Positions 26,894 to 36,155 of a stretch of DNA of 37,848 bases are shown here, in pieces. This DNA comes from a virus. Its lineage: Duplodnaviria > Caudoviricetes. A program made the translations under genes and the position numbers. Numbering within the stretch: the first letter of the stretch is position 1; each line of letters begins with the position of its first letter. The notes under the pieces were generated by a model that searched no databases, had not been told where the DNA came from, and worked only from the letters and a program-made list of their open reading frames with translations. The stretch covers positions 1 through 37,848 of IMG/VR virus record IMGVR_UViG_3300042210_000067. The stretch is one strand, 5' to 3'.

Positions 26894-27073
26894 ATGATGG
26901 AACAGGTTCGAGATACAGAAAAAGAAACGCCAGAGCAGATGGTACTTGCTCTGGCGTTGGAAAAGTTAGCTTGTATTGCTCGTTCTAAAGAGTTTCAGTC
27001 CTTGAGTACATCAAAAGAAGTTTCTATGGCTGAAGATATTTCTTCTTCAGATAAACCAAGCTTCTCCGCTTGA
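26894..27073 (+). CDS. Putative SOS-inducible antirepressor (Tum-like), 59 aa, not in ORF track
   Basis: MMEQVRDTEKETPEQMVLALALEKLACIARSKEFQSLSTSKEVSMAEDISSSDKPSFSA*; AGGGG RBS; LexA box upstream; 3' end overlaps the repressor gene antisense. Confidence 0.6.
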   Translation: MMEQVRDTEKETPEQMVLALALEKLACIARSKEFQSLSTSKEVSMAEDISSSDKPSFSA

Positions 27074-27819
27074 CGGTAAACAGCAGTAATAACACGAGCC
27101 TTTTGGTCTGCGCTTAAATTTTGCTTACTTTCTTCTTCACATTGCTCTACTAGTTTTACGACTGAGCGCATCAAGTCTGTTGCTATTGGTACCGCATAGC
27201 TAGTTCCTTCCCCCATGTATACTCGTGGGTTGTACTGGATTTGCTCAGGAACGACAACTCTGCTGGAAAAGTTGATTAAATGTGAGTCTTCATGAACAAG
27301 AAGCGAATAGGTTCCTAGATGACCTTCTGCAATTTGGTCCAAAACGTCACCAGCTAGCATTTCTGCCAAATATATTTCTCTTTCACTAAAGCTAGCCTTA
27401 AGAACGCTCGCTAGTTCCTCGCTTCCGGGACCAACGAGTACTTGGCATATAGTGTAATCATACCATTTGTCCTTAGATTCATACTGTCCTGGTAGTGATA
27501 GAACCAGTACTGTACGAGCTCCTAGGTTACATATGTAAACCTTCCAATCTTCATCCATAAGCAGCTGATCAACAGTGTCGGCCAGCCTTTCTGCTGACTG
27601 AATGTAATCAACACTATATGGGCTGCCACTTCCAGACAGTAACCAGTTGAGATTTACATTTTCAACACGACGAATGATGTTGAGTATTTCTGGACCAGGA
27701 ATTCTTCCACCAAAAATTGAAGAAATAGACCCGCCAGTGAAACCCAGCGATTTTCCCCAAGGTGTTTGTTTTCTGTCACCTAGAACTAAATTGAGGCGCT
27801 CAACAAAAGAATTGGTCAT
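26995..27819 (-). CDS. Prophage CI-like repressor (N-terminal HTH)
   Basis: FVERL...HTH...VNLNWLLSGSGSPY; divergent from the early operon; no recognisable S24 peptidase motif. Confidence 0.8.
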   Translation of the reverse strand: MTNSFVERLNLVLGDRKQTPWGKSLGFTGGSISSIFGGRIPGPEILNIIRRVENVNLNWLLSGSGSPYSVDYIQSAERLADTVDQLLMDEDWKVYICNLGARTVLVLSLPGQYESKDKWYDYTICQVLVGPGSEELASVLKASFSEREIYLAEMLAGDVLDQIAEGHLGTYSLLVHEDSHLINFSSRVVVPEQIQYNPRVYMGEGTSYAVPIATDLMRSVVKLVEQCEEESKQNLSADQKARVITAVYRQAEKLGLSEEEISSAIETSFDVLKD

Positions 27820-27844
27820 ATTTTCGGTTTTCCGGTCTTGTGTG

Positions 27845-27985
27845 AAACTAAAAAGTGATCTAATATCGTCTACATTGAATACAGTTAAACTAAAAAGTGA
27901 CTTAATTATACAATGTATACACTATAACAACATGCTATCACGGCTCTTGCAGCCTAAAAAGTGATTTGATTATAGGTTTTTAGTT
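27845..27985. promoter_or_regulatory. Putative operator array of the immunity switch
   Basis: AAACTAAAAAGTGA at 27845 and 27887, CTAAAAAGTGA at 27954, inverted partial copy at 27975-27985. Confidence 0.7.
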
Positions 27986-28019
27986 CAACACAAACGACGT
28001 AGGAAGGAGGTTGCTAGCT

Positions 28020-28205
28020 ATGAGCAAACGAAAATCAGATGACAGTGTCATCAGTACCCGAGATCAGGACCTTAAAAATCGTCTACAGCGAATTGTAGAA
28101 ATTGAAGATCGCAATATTGCACAAATGGTTCGGATTATGTTGCGTAAAGCTATTGAAGAAAAAGAGAAGGAGCTTGGTTTAGCACCTTTGGAAAAGGTGG
28201 CTTGA
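28020..28205 (+). CDS. Small ribbon-helix-helix-like regulator in the Cro position
   Basis: SVISTR strand followed by DLKNRLQRIVEIEDRNIAQMVRIMLRKAI; GGAGG RBS. Confidence 0.6.
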   Translation: MSKRKSDDSVISTRDQDLKNRLQRIVEIEDRNIAQMVRIMLRKAIEEKEKELGLAPLEKVA

Positions 28206-28403
28206 TATGTTCGTAAATAATAAAAAACCGCTTACCAACGGCAATCAGTAAGCGGCCAGAGGTCTGTTAAAACAGTCATCTGTAGGGACTCAGAGCGAGG
28301 GTGCAACCTCTATGCTCACGGCTCAAACACCATTTCATCCTTACCGTAGATTGTAGCGCAGCCTTCTGAAAAACAAAACGTATTCGTTTATCAGGAGATT
28401 ACG

Positions 28404-28886
28404 ATGACATCAGTTATTGAAGCGGCTCTTACCTGTGAATTCCCTCAGGTAGTGAATGCCAGCTACAGCACGTTAAAACAATTCAACAACACTGCAGAAC
28501 TTGAACGTCTGCTGGGTAAGCGCCCGGGTGTTCTTCCTAATGAGATCAACCCAAATCAACATGGCCACAAGTTTGGGCTGTTTGACGCTTTACGCCTAAT
28601 GAAGCTAACGGGAGACATTCAAATCCTCCGCTCTATCGCTTCCGAACTTGGCTACTCACTTTATTTCCTCGGTGATTATTCCGGCATTTCTGATGTTGAG
28701 CTGCTGAACAGTTATAGCCAATGGCATGCCGAAATCGGCGATGTAAACCGCGCTATTGCTGACGCATTAGAAGACGGTGATATCGAACAACATGAATTCG
28801 AAAGAATTGAACGTGAATTACGTGAAACGTTTACGGCTGCTTTGGCGCTGTTAGAACGTCTTCGTGCACTAGTTGTAGTGAATTAA
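28404..28886 (+). CDS. Phage regulatory CII-family (186 CII / YmfL-like) protein
   Basis: L.NEINPNQ..HKFGL, LMKLTGD..IL, EIGDV...IADALEDGDIEQHE. Confidence 0.8.
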   Translation: MTSVIEAALTCEFPQVVNASYSTLKQFNNTAELERLLGKRPGVLPNEINPNQHGHKFGLFDALRLMKLTGDIQILRSIASELGYSLYFLGDYSGISDVELLNSYSQWHAEIGDVNRAIADALEDGDIEQHEFERIERELRETFTAALALLERLRALVVVN

Positions 28887-28914
28887 GTAACGGCGAAGCC
28901 AACGGAGGTATGCC

Positions 28915-29616
28915 ATGAATACTTTATCAACTCAAAATCTAAGTTCTTCAATCAATCTGTTTCTGCACTATTTCACTGAGCAGGAAGAGAAAAAACTATT
29001 CAAAACGGTTAAGGAAACACAGGGCATTTATGCGAAGAGGGATTACTACTGGATGCTATTGATGCGTGAAACTGCGATTCGTTTAGGGGTGTTAGCTGGC
29101 CCAGATGCAGGTAAGGCACAACGTCACGATTTGCCTATGATTGGGCTAACGGTTGGTGACGCTGAACGTAGTTTGCAAGAAGGCTATTTGGTTTACGACA
29201 GCATGAACGCTAAGAACCTTAAAAAACACCCGATCGCTTTAAACAAGTCAGCAACCAGCGCGCTAAGACACTTACTTAAAATTCATAAAGAAATGAGCGA
29301 AGGCATCGATTGGGAAACGCCACGACTAGACCGTCCTCTTTTTCTTAGCCGAAACAATCAGGCGATGAGTCGCCGTTCTTTCCAACACCGTTTTACACAG
29401 TGGTGCCGTGTTGCAGAAGTTCCAGCAGGTACACCGCACTGGTTACGCCATTCATGGGCAAAACGCTTTTTAGAACGCACAACGTCACCAGATGCGTTGC
29501 GTAGAGTTCAAGCGGTGCTTGGACACACGAACCTATCTACAACCTCAATCTATACGGCACCTGACCGTGAGTCTCTGGATTCAGCTATGAGAGAGGCAAG
29601 CACATGTTTTCGATAG
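28915..29616 (+). CDS. Tyrosine recombinase, catalytic domain only
   Basis: TAIRLG, HWLRHS, VQAVLGHTNLSTTSIY; only 233 aa. Confidence 0.88.
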   Translation: MNTLSTQNLSSSINLFLHYFTEQEEKKLFKTVKETQGIYAKRDYYWMLLMRETAIRLGVLAGPDAGKAQRHDLPMIGLTVGDAERSLQEGYLVYDSMNAKNLKKHPIALNKSATSALRHLLKIHKEMSEGIDWETPRLDRPLFLSRNNQAMSRRSFQHRFTQWCRVAEVPAGTPHWLRHSWAKRFLERTTSPDALRRVQAVLGHTNLSTTSIYTAPDRESLDSAMREASTCFR

Positions 29617-29804
29617 AAAGTTCAGTAAAGCAGCAATGTGCTGAATCGGTGGTTCGTGGAGATGTTATCAATCTTTTAGGGCATGAATTCTGGGTGGTTG
29701 AAAAGTGCGAAGCACAAGGGCCAAACATGATTGTTAAGTGTGTTGGTGAAGATCCTTTAAGTATCAGTAAAGACAGAGTCGTTTCAGTTCGCTCGTATCG
29801 ATAA
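29604..29804 (+). CDS. Hypothetical phage protein
   Basis: GAGG RBS; overlaps the upstream gene in the early operon. Confidence 0.55.
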   Translation: MFSIESSVKQQCAESVVRGDVINLLGHEFWVVEKCEAQGPNMIVKCVGEDPLSISKDRVVSVRSYR

Positions 29805-29814
29805 GGGGATAAGG

Positions 29815-30129
29815 ATGTATAAGGCTATGGCTAGGTTACAAGAAGCAGCAATGGATATGCGTAGAAAGGCGCTTGCAGCGGCACTACGCAATATCAACTT
29901 GCATGTATTTGGTGGAAGAGCGAATTCAAAACGCTTGGAAGAGTACGTGGCAGAACGGATGAAATTAAGGCCTATCGATATTCGTCTTTGGTGCTCTGGT
30001 GATGGCGTCCCTGAAGCTTATGTTGATGAGTTTTTATCGTTGTTGAATGAGAACTCTGTTTGGCGCAAGCATCAGATTCGCCCATCACAGAAGCTTGTCG
30101 AAGCTTACATGGAGAAGATCTATGCCTAA
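29815..30129 (+). CDS. Hypothetical phage protein (possible HTH)
   Basis: RBS present; IRLWCSGDGVP resembles an HTH end; operon context. Confidence 0.6.
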   Translation: MYKAMARLQEAAMDMRRKALAAALRNINLHVFGGRANSKRLEEYVAERMKLRPIDIRLWCSGDGVPEAYVDEFLSLLNENSVWRKHQIRPSQKLVEAYMEKIYA

Positions 30130-30421
30130 TCAAGTAGCGGCGGCAAAGCTTTCGCCACCAGAACGTGCTTGTTTGTTCAAGCTGGAACAGCAGATGGTGC
30201 GTCAGCAAGGGTTCATTAATCGTCAGGTGTTCATCGATGAACAAGATGCAGTTTTCACTCAGTGGGAGCAAGAAGGCCACATCACACTGGATGAAGACGA
30301 ACTCAAACATTTACCTCAGGAGCAAGTGGAGCAACAGCAACTCACTCATAGCTGCCATTTAAGTGAACAGCTTTGGATTGCTTCAGCTTGTCTGCGTCGG
30401 ATTTATGCGTGTGACTTATAG
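30122..30421 (+). CDS. Hypothetical phage protein
   Basis: GGAG RBS before ATG 30122; overlaps the upstream stop. Confidence 0.6.
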   Translation: MPNQVAAAKLSPPERACLFKLEQQMVRQQGFINRQVFIDEQDAVFTQWEQEGHITLDEDELKHLPQEQVEQQQLTHSCHLSEQLWIASACLRRIYACDL

Positions 30422-30707
30422 CTACAGGGGGTGGCAATGCCCCCTGTGGTATTCCACGCCTGTTTTAACCCGACTGGCCGCGCCTTCCGTGGTGTTAACC
30501 ACATTAGAGCCAGATAAAAAGCAGATGGTGTGGGCGCATATTCAGCAAAACCACCAACCCATTGCCGACCTGTTGAAGTCATCGGAATTTCAACAGGTAA
30601 AACAGAATTTAGAACAATACTTTGGCCCAGTTGCGATTGGGGTAGATTTAAAAGATATCGGAGGCACGCTCTATGGCGTCCGCAGAACAACTAAAACAGA
30701 TCATTGA
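30405..30707 (+). CDS. Hypothetical phage protein
   Basis: ATG 30405 in the long ORF that fills the gap before the primase. Confidence 0.5.
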   Translation: MRVTYSYRGWQCPLWYSTPVLTRLAAPSVVLTTLEPDKKQMVWAHIQQNHQPIADLLKSSEFQQVKQNLEQYFGPVAIGVDLKDIGGTLYGVRRTTKTDH

Positions 30708-33432
30708 TTTACACGAGTTGGCTGATCGTTTGGGTATGGAACGTCCAGACCCTACTGGAAATTATAAGGCTCCTAATCGCCCGGACAAACACCCAAGTGT
30801 CAGCATTTTTGATGCAGCCCAAGCGGGTTACATGATGTGGAAAGACCATACGTCTGGTGAAAAAGGTTCCTGTATTGATTTGGTTATCTATTGTGGCCAA
30901 GCGGTAGATTCCAGCGAGGCTATGCAGTGGCTTCATGCTGAATTCAATATTCCTACTGATAATGCTCCTCAGCAAATTAAGCAGCAAAGTCAGCTTTCTT
31001 GGGTTGCAGAGAAGCAGCTGGCTGTTGCATCGGATGCAAAGGCGTATTTGGTTGATCAACGTGGCATTCCTGCTCCTGTCGTTGAGATGCTTATCAAACG
31101 TGGTGCTATCGGTTTTAGTGACTGGCATAGCCCGAAAAAGAACCCTGGTGAACTTGGTTACGGTGGCCCTGCGGTGACGTTCCCTAGTCGCTGTTTGTTT
31201 ACTAACGAAGTGATGGGGATTGATTTACGTTTTATTGATCCGGCTTTGAATGGTGACAACAAAACCAAAGCTATGGGTGAGAAACGCGGTTATCCATACA
31301 TTCCTGACAAGGTTGCATTAAAACGCGCAAAAACAGTGATTGTGGTTGAGTCTGCTATCAATGCCATTTCTGCGATCGCAGCTTTTGACCCTGAAGGGAA
31401 AGGTAAAGGGTTGTTTACTGCTATTGCAACTCGCGGCTTAGCGGTCGAAGAAATAGATTGGCGCTTTTTAACGGGCAAACGTGTTATTTGTTGTTTCGAT
31501 AATGATGAGCCTATTGCGGACGGACCAAGGAAAGGTCACAGACCTGGGCCAGAAGCCGCTTGGATAGTTCATGAGAAATGTACCGCATTAAACATCCCTT
31601 GTTTCCTTGTTGATCATAAAAATGGTAAGTGGGAAGGGCTTAATGACCTTAACGACTTTTTGAAACAGCACGGACCAAAACTCACCAAATATAACCTTAT
31701 CTACAACTTGGATCAGTGGCTCGTTACTGGGCAAGACGGTGAATTTGAACATGCTAATCACAAGCGTTTACCACTACCCAATCATGACCAACATCTTTAT
31801 TGGACTTACCGAGTAAAACCGGACTTTACCAGTTACCTGAAAGTGGTTACCGACGGGGAAAGTGAGCAGAAAATTCCGCAGGACGTTTGTTCTTTCCGCA
31901 TTGCAGGCTTATCGAAAATTACTATTTCTTCAGCCAGCTCTGCGATGACTGGCGAACCGGATTTACAGCCAACGAAAGTTTACTCTGCAACTATCCAAAC
32001 ACCAGATTCACCTAATGAACTGACTCGTTTTGTACTTAAGCGCGAGCAATTGTACAACATCGACGTTTGGCGTCGTGTTGGCGGTGGTATTTTCAACCCA
32101 GGCAAGTTCACCCGTATGATCTCGATTCTAGAGCGTGCTACTCACATCGGTGAACGTAGTGCTGTGAACTTCGTGGGTTTAGCCTGGCATGATGGCAAAG
32201 CCATCTTAAATGAAGGACCTGATTCTTTCTTCACTGACCCAACTCAGCAGTGTCCTTATCACAACCTGCAATTCCCGTCAGGAACACCAGAACAAGGCCG
32301 TCGAGTTATTGAGGCTTACCATGCAACTTTCAAAAACAATGCCGCTTTGATGCTATTGGTTTGGGGGTTAGGTGCTCATGCCAAAACGTTCTTGGGATTC
32401 TGGCCACACTACATGCTTAACGCTGGTAAAGGGGCGGGTAAATCAACTTTGGTTAAATCATTGGAACGCACTTTGGCGTTTACCATGTTCTCTGGCCAGA
32501 GTTTGAAAACCGAGTTCCGCTTGCTGACATCGATATCGCACACCTCTCACCCAGTCGGCTGGGAAGAGCTTTCAGCTCAGGGGCAAGGTGTTATCGATAA
32601 AGCAGTTGCCATGCTTCAAGAAAGTTACCAGTACACCATCACTCGCCGTGGTACCGATATGACCGAGTTCTTGAGTATCGCGCCTGTTCTACTAGCTGGT
32701 GAGGATGTGCCGGTGCAATCACTACTGGGTAAATTGGTCCGTTCAGATCTAACAGGCCGTAAGGGAGACATGATTCCCGATGAATTGCCTCGTTTCCCTG
32801 TTAAAGACTGGATCAAATATTTGACTTCATACACTCGTCCGCAAATGAAACGTGCCTACCGAGAATGTGTGGATTACCTCTCTAAGCATTGCATGGCAAA
32901 ACCAGATGACAACGGTGCTAACCGTATGCGTGATAACTATGCATGCCTAATGCTGACTTGGCGCCTTCTATGTGAATTCACAGGTGTAGCGAGTAACTAC
33001 GGTGATTTTGTAAAAGACATCGTTACTGAGATGAACACCCATATTCGTGAGACAGAAGCCGAGCGTGAGCCATGGGTTTGGATCATGGAGCTGATTCTAG
33101 GCGAAATGGATGCTGGTCACTTCCGTCATCCATACGCATTTGACTGGGTGGAAGGTGAGCTGTGCTTGTTAGTTCGTACTAGCCACATCATGCAACACAT
33201 CAGCCAAAGCCCAGCATTAAAAGCCAAATTCGATAGTTTGCCAGTGAAGAGCGATCGCATCCTCAAGAAGCAATTGAAAGAAGCCAAAGTAGTTTTGAAA
33301 GATGGACATGAGAAATCTATCAACGGCAAACGCATCGCCAACTTTGTCGCCCTGGGCGTTGAGAACTTGCGAGAGTTCGGTCTGTTCCCAGCCGTTCCAG
33401 ACGACGTTCAAGAGAAAGAAACTAACCAGTAA
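30673..33432 (+). CDS. Primase-helicase replication protein (TOPRIM plus P-loop NTPase)
   Basis: DnaG-like N-terminus (DKHPSVSI, KGSCIDLV); TOPRIM IVVES, FDND, DLND; Walker A GKGAGKST. Confidence 0.85.
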   Translation: MASAEQLKQIIDLHELADRLGMERPDPTGNYKAPNRPDKHPSVSIFDAAQAGYMMWKDHTSGEKGSCIDLVIYCGQAVDSSEAMQWLHAEFNIPTDNAPQQIKQQSQLSWVAEKQLAVASDAKAYLVDQRGIPAPVVEMLIKRGAIGFSDWHSPKKNPGELGYGGPAVTFPSRCLFTNEVMGIDLRFIDPALNGDNKTKAMGEKRGYPYIPDKVALKRAKTVIVVESAINAISAIAAFDPEGKGKGLFTAIATRGLAVEEIDWRFLTGKRVICCFDNDEPIADGPRKGHRPGPEAAWIVHEKCTALNIPCFLVDHKNGKWEGLNDLNDFLKQHGPKLTKYNLIYNLDQWLVTGQDGEFEHANHKRLPLPNHDQHLYWTYRVKPDFTSYLKVVTDGESEQKIPQDVCSFRIAGLSKITISSASSAMTGEPDLQPTKVYSATIQTPDSPNELTRFVLKREQLYNIDVWRRVGGGIFNPGKFTRMISILERATHIGERSAVNFVGLAWHDGKAILNEGPDSFFTDPTQQCPYHNLQFPSGTPEQGRRVIEAYHATFKNNAALMLLVWGLGAHAKTFLGFWPHYMLNAGKGAGKSTLVKSLERTLAFTMFSGQSLKTEFRLLTSISHTSHPVGWEELSAQGQGVIDKAVAMLQESYQYTITRRGTDMTEFLSIAPVLLAGEDVPVQSLLGKLVRSDLTGRKGDMIPDELPRFPVKDWIKYLTSYTRPQMKRAYRECVDYLSKHCMAKPDDNGANRMRDNYACLMLTWRLLCEFTGVASNYGDFVKDIVTEMNTHIRETEAEREPWVWIMELILGEMDAGHFRHPYAFDWVEGELCLLVRTSHIMQHISQSPALKAKFDSLPVKSDRILKKQLKEAKVVLKDGHEKSINGKRIANFVALGVENLREFGLFPAVPDDVQEKETNQ

Positions 33433-33445
33433 GAAAGGAGACAGT

Positions 33446-33751
33446 ATGGATTTATTCGACATTCAGCGCCTAGCTGGTGCAGCGCTAGGGCTAACAGATG
33501 ATGAAACTGATGAAGTCATCGATACAGACGAAGATTTCGATACCCCATTGCTTGAAAAGTTTGGCATTGATTTGGATACCTTTGGAAATGTGGCAGAAGC
33601 CTTATTGCCTTTAACTCCAATGATTTCGTCACCGCTAACAAAAACGGTTTACCACGCTTTTGTTCGTCAGCTTGGTAATGGTGATTGTTTAGCTATTTGT
33701 AAGCGTAAAGCAGAACTACCTAAGCCAAAGGAGGCTGATGCTCATGGCTAA
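33446..33751 (+). CDS. Hypothetical phage protein
   Basis: AAGGAG RBS before ATG 33446. Confidence 0.65.
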   Translation: MDLFDIQRLAGAALGLTDDETDEVIDTDEDFDTPLLEKFGIDLDTFGNVAEALLPLTPMISSPLTKTVYHAFVRQLGNGDCLAICKRKAELPKPKEADAHG

Positions 33752-34049
33752 CCACCAACTCAAAATTAAATCTGAGCATCTGGATGCCATCATCTCTGGA
33801 GTAAAAACCTTTGAGATTCGCAAGAACGACAGGGATTTCAAAGTAGGTGATCGAGTAACGCTAATCGAAGAAGAAGGTAATCGTTATCTGACTATTCGCA
33901 TCAAGTACATCACTAGCTACGCCCAACAAGATGGCTACATTGTTTTTTCCTTCGATTGGATCAGCGGCGGAAAAGTAATAGGAGAAGACAACAGTATGGC
34001 TGTTGGTTGGGTGCCGATGAGCTTCGCTGAACTGAGGGACTTTAATTGA
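33738..34049 (+). CDS. ASCH/PUA-like (DUF3850-type) protein
   Basis: HQLKI....DAIISGVKTFEIRKNDRDFKVGD. Confidence 0.85.
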   Translation: MLMANHQLKIKSEHLDAIISGVKTFEIRKNDRDFKVGDRVTLIEEEGNRYLTIRIKYITSYAQQDGYIVFSFDWISGGKVIGEDNSMAVGWVPMSFAELRDFN

Positions 34050-34315
34050 ATAACTACATCGCAGCTTTTCTCAATGACAACGGCGCGCTTTCGGTATGCA
34101 AGAAATCTGACGAAGTCATCAAGATGGAGCTTGGTTCGTTTTCAAGCTTTGAGAAGGCTGTTGAATCGGCGTGTGATCTATTGGAAAGCCACATTATCGG
34201 TAACGGTGTATTACATCGAGACGCAGGTTTTGGAGGTTTTCTTATTTGTAACGAACAAGAGTTCGAAAAACTAAACAAGGAGGCAGTTGAAAATGCCAAG
34301 AACAAAACCGCTTAA
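34046..34315 (+). CDS. Hypothetical phage protein
   Basis: TTG start overlapping the upstream stop; GAGG RBS. Confidence 0.55.
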   Translation: MNNYIAAFLNDNGALSVCKKSDEVIKMELGSFSSFEKAVESACDLLESHIIGNGVLHRDAGFGGFLICNEQEFEKLNKEAVENAKNKTA

Positions 34316-34538
34316 CCATATCGCAAAACTCATTGCAGAAGTCTACGAAGAAGCTGGTATGGACAAGCCATATATCGAAGGCAAAAAGCACGATATGAGC
34401 AACCACGAGAACAAGTATGAAACGTTGGCCAGCGCCATCAATCTCGATGCAGGCAATCGTAAACGCTTAGCAGCAAAGCTAGGTATCACATCACTGCACT
34501 TAGATGTGACTGTGAAAGTTCTCAATCATCACTGTTAA
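34293..34538 (+). CDS. Hypothetical phage protein (possible HTH)
   Basis: AGGAGG RBS; RKRLAAKLGITS. Confidence 0.6.
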   Translation: MPRTKPLNHIAKLIAEVYEEAGMDKPYIEGKKHDMSNHENKYETLASAINLDAGNRKRLAAKLGITSLHLDVTVKVLNHHC

Positions 34539-34571
34539 TACAAATTGTATAAACCGCAGAAGGTAAAGCAT

Positions 34572-34808
34572 ATGAAAAACCAATTAACAGATTTAAACGA
34601 TCACTTGTTTGCTCAGATAGAACGTTTAGGGGATGAACAGTTAAAAGGAGAGGAATTCGAGAGGGAGGTTGCTCGTTCAAAAGCTATAACTTCTGTCTCT
34701 CAACAGATAGTTAATAATGCTCAACTTGTCCTTGATGGAGCAAAATTTAAAGCTGAGTACGCAGGGAAATACCAGGTACCTATGATGGAGGACAAGCGCA
34801 ATGCCTAA
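34572..34808 (+). CDS. Conserved small phage protein
   Basis: MKNQLTDLNDHLFAQIERL, a pattern I recall preceding phage HNH genes. Confidence 0.7.
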   Translation: MKNQLTDLNDHLFAQIERLGDEQLKGEEFEREVARSKAITSVSQQIVNNAQLVLDGAKFKAEYAGKYQVPMMEDKRNA

Positions 34809-35421
34809 AGGAGTTTGTCACCAATATACGGAAGACCAGAAGAAGTTTTTAAAAGACAATTCGTTACTTCCACGAAAAGAACTCACTGAACAATTCAATT
34901 CTACGTTCGGACTTGAACAAAGTCAGAAAGCGATCGCAGCATACTGCAAGCGTCATGGTTGGTTGACGGGGCGAACCGGTTGCTTTGAAAAAGGTGAGTT
35001 GCCATGGAACACCGGAACCAAAGGATTATGTATACCAAACTCAGGAAGCTTCCAATCAGGTCAGGTACCACACAACAAAAAGCCTGTTGGCCATGAACGT
35101 ATTTGCTCAAAAGATGGTTACATCCTAGTCAACGTAGCGGAACGAAATCCATACACAGGCGCGGATACTCGCTATCGCCCTAAGCACTATGTCATTTGGG
35201 AAAAAGAGAACGGTGAAGTACCTAAAGGAATGATCTTGCGCTTCATTGATGGAGATAAGTTGAACTGCAAATTATCCAATCTTGAATGTGTATCTCAGTC
35301 TGTGAACTTGAGAATGAATCAAAACCGAGTGAACGACTTGCCAAGCGAACTGAAGGAAACCGGACGATTACTATCAAAGCTTGAAGTTGCCACATTTGAA
35401 GCTAGCAACCGAATCAACTGA
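34801..35421 (+). CDS. HNH endonuclease-family protein
   Basis: FEKGELPWNTG repeats; KHYVIWE..NG.VPKG..LRFIDGDKLNCKLSNL. Confidence 0.85.
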   Translation: MPKGVCHQYTEDQKKFLKDNSLLPRKELTEQFNSTFGLEQSQKAIAAYCKRHGWLTGRTGCFEKGELPWNTGTKGLCIPNSGSFQSGQVPHNKKPVGHERICSKDGYILVNVAERNPYTGADTRYRPKHYVIWEKENGEVPKGMILRFIDGDKLNCKLSNLECVSQSVNLRMNQNRVNDLPSELKETGRLLSKLEVATFEASNRIN

Positions 35422-35437
35422 CCAAAAGGAAATGAAT

Positions 35438-35953
35438 ATGTATCTATCAAATTTACAACTCGTAATGATGGCTGAAATTAGCCAGGAAGCATCAACCGGC
35501 TATGACTTATCGAAGTCATTACTTGATAAGGGTTGGAAAGCGTCTCACCAACAGATTTATCGCGATTTGGCCAAACTCCATAAACAGGGTGTTGTGTCAT
35601 TGGAAGAAATTCCTCAGTCAGGTAAACCTGATAAGAAACTCTACTTATTGAACGAAACGGGAAAGAATTTGTTAACGAATGCTTTGGATATCGAACCGTC
35701 AGTTCAGCGCCCTCAGGATGAAGCACTGGTTCATTTATTTCTCGCTAATCGCTACTACTTCGAGCAACTGGATGCGTTATTGCTTCAACAGTTAGACAAC
35801 GCTGTCAAAGAGAATAAAGCCAAACTTCAGCAAGGCGATGTTTTGTCGTCATTAGTTACCAATCGAGAGTGTGAGCGTTTGATGGCTGAACATCATTGGG
35901 TAACTAATGTATTAAATACAATGACATTAGAGGAGCAAACACAGGCAGCATAG
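35438..35953 (+). CDS. AphA-like PadR-family transcription regulator
   Basis: TGYDL, WKASHQQIYRDLAKL, PQSGKPDKKLY closely match Vibrio AphA (TGYDI, WKASHQQVYRELNKM, PQEGKPDRKVY). Confidence 0.88.
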   Translation: MYLSNLQLVMMAEISQEASTGYDLSKSLLDKGWKASHQQIYRDLAKLHKQGVVSLEEIPQSGKPDKKLYLLNETGKNLLTNALDIEPSVQRPQDEALVHLFLANRYYFEQLDALLLQQLDNAVKENKAKLQQGDVLSSLVTNRECERLMAEHHWVTNVLNTMTLEEQTQAA

Positions 35954-36155
35954 GTCCGCAAAACTATGCTCATGGCTCAAACACAACCTATGGGATTCCA
36001 TGGATCGCCCCATAGGTTTTCAAAGCCCTCTTGCGGCAACTTGAGGGCTAAGAATTAACCAGAAGTTATTTAACTATCTGAATTAATTAAGTCTGTTCAT
36101 TTCATCCCATAGGTTCACAGGTTTTTTCGTTCGTCCCTGTGGGTGGAGATCTTTT

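Noticed and set aside
27647-27964. 105-aa plus-strand ORF with repeated VKLKSDLI
   Set aside because: Antisense to the repressor; the peptide repeat is a by-product of the operator direct repeats
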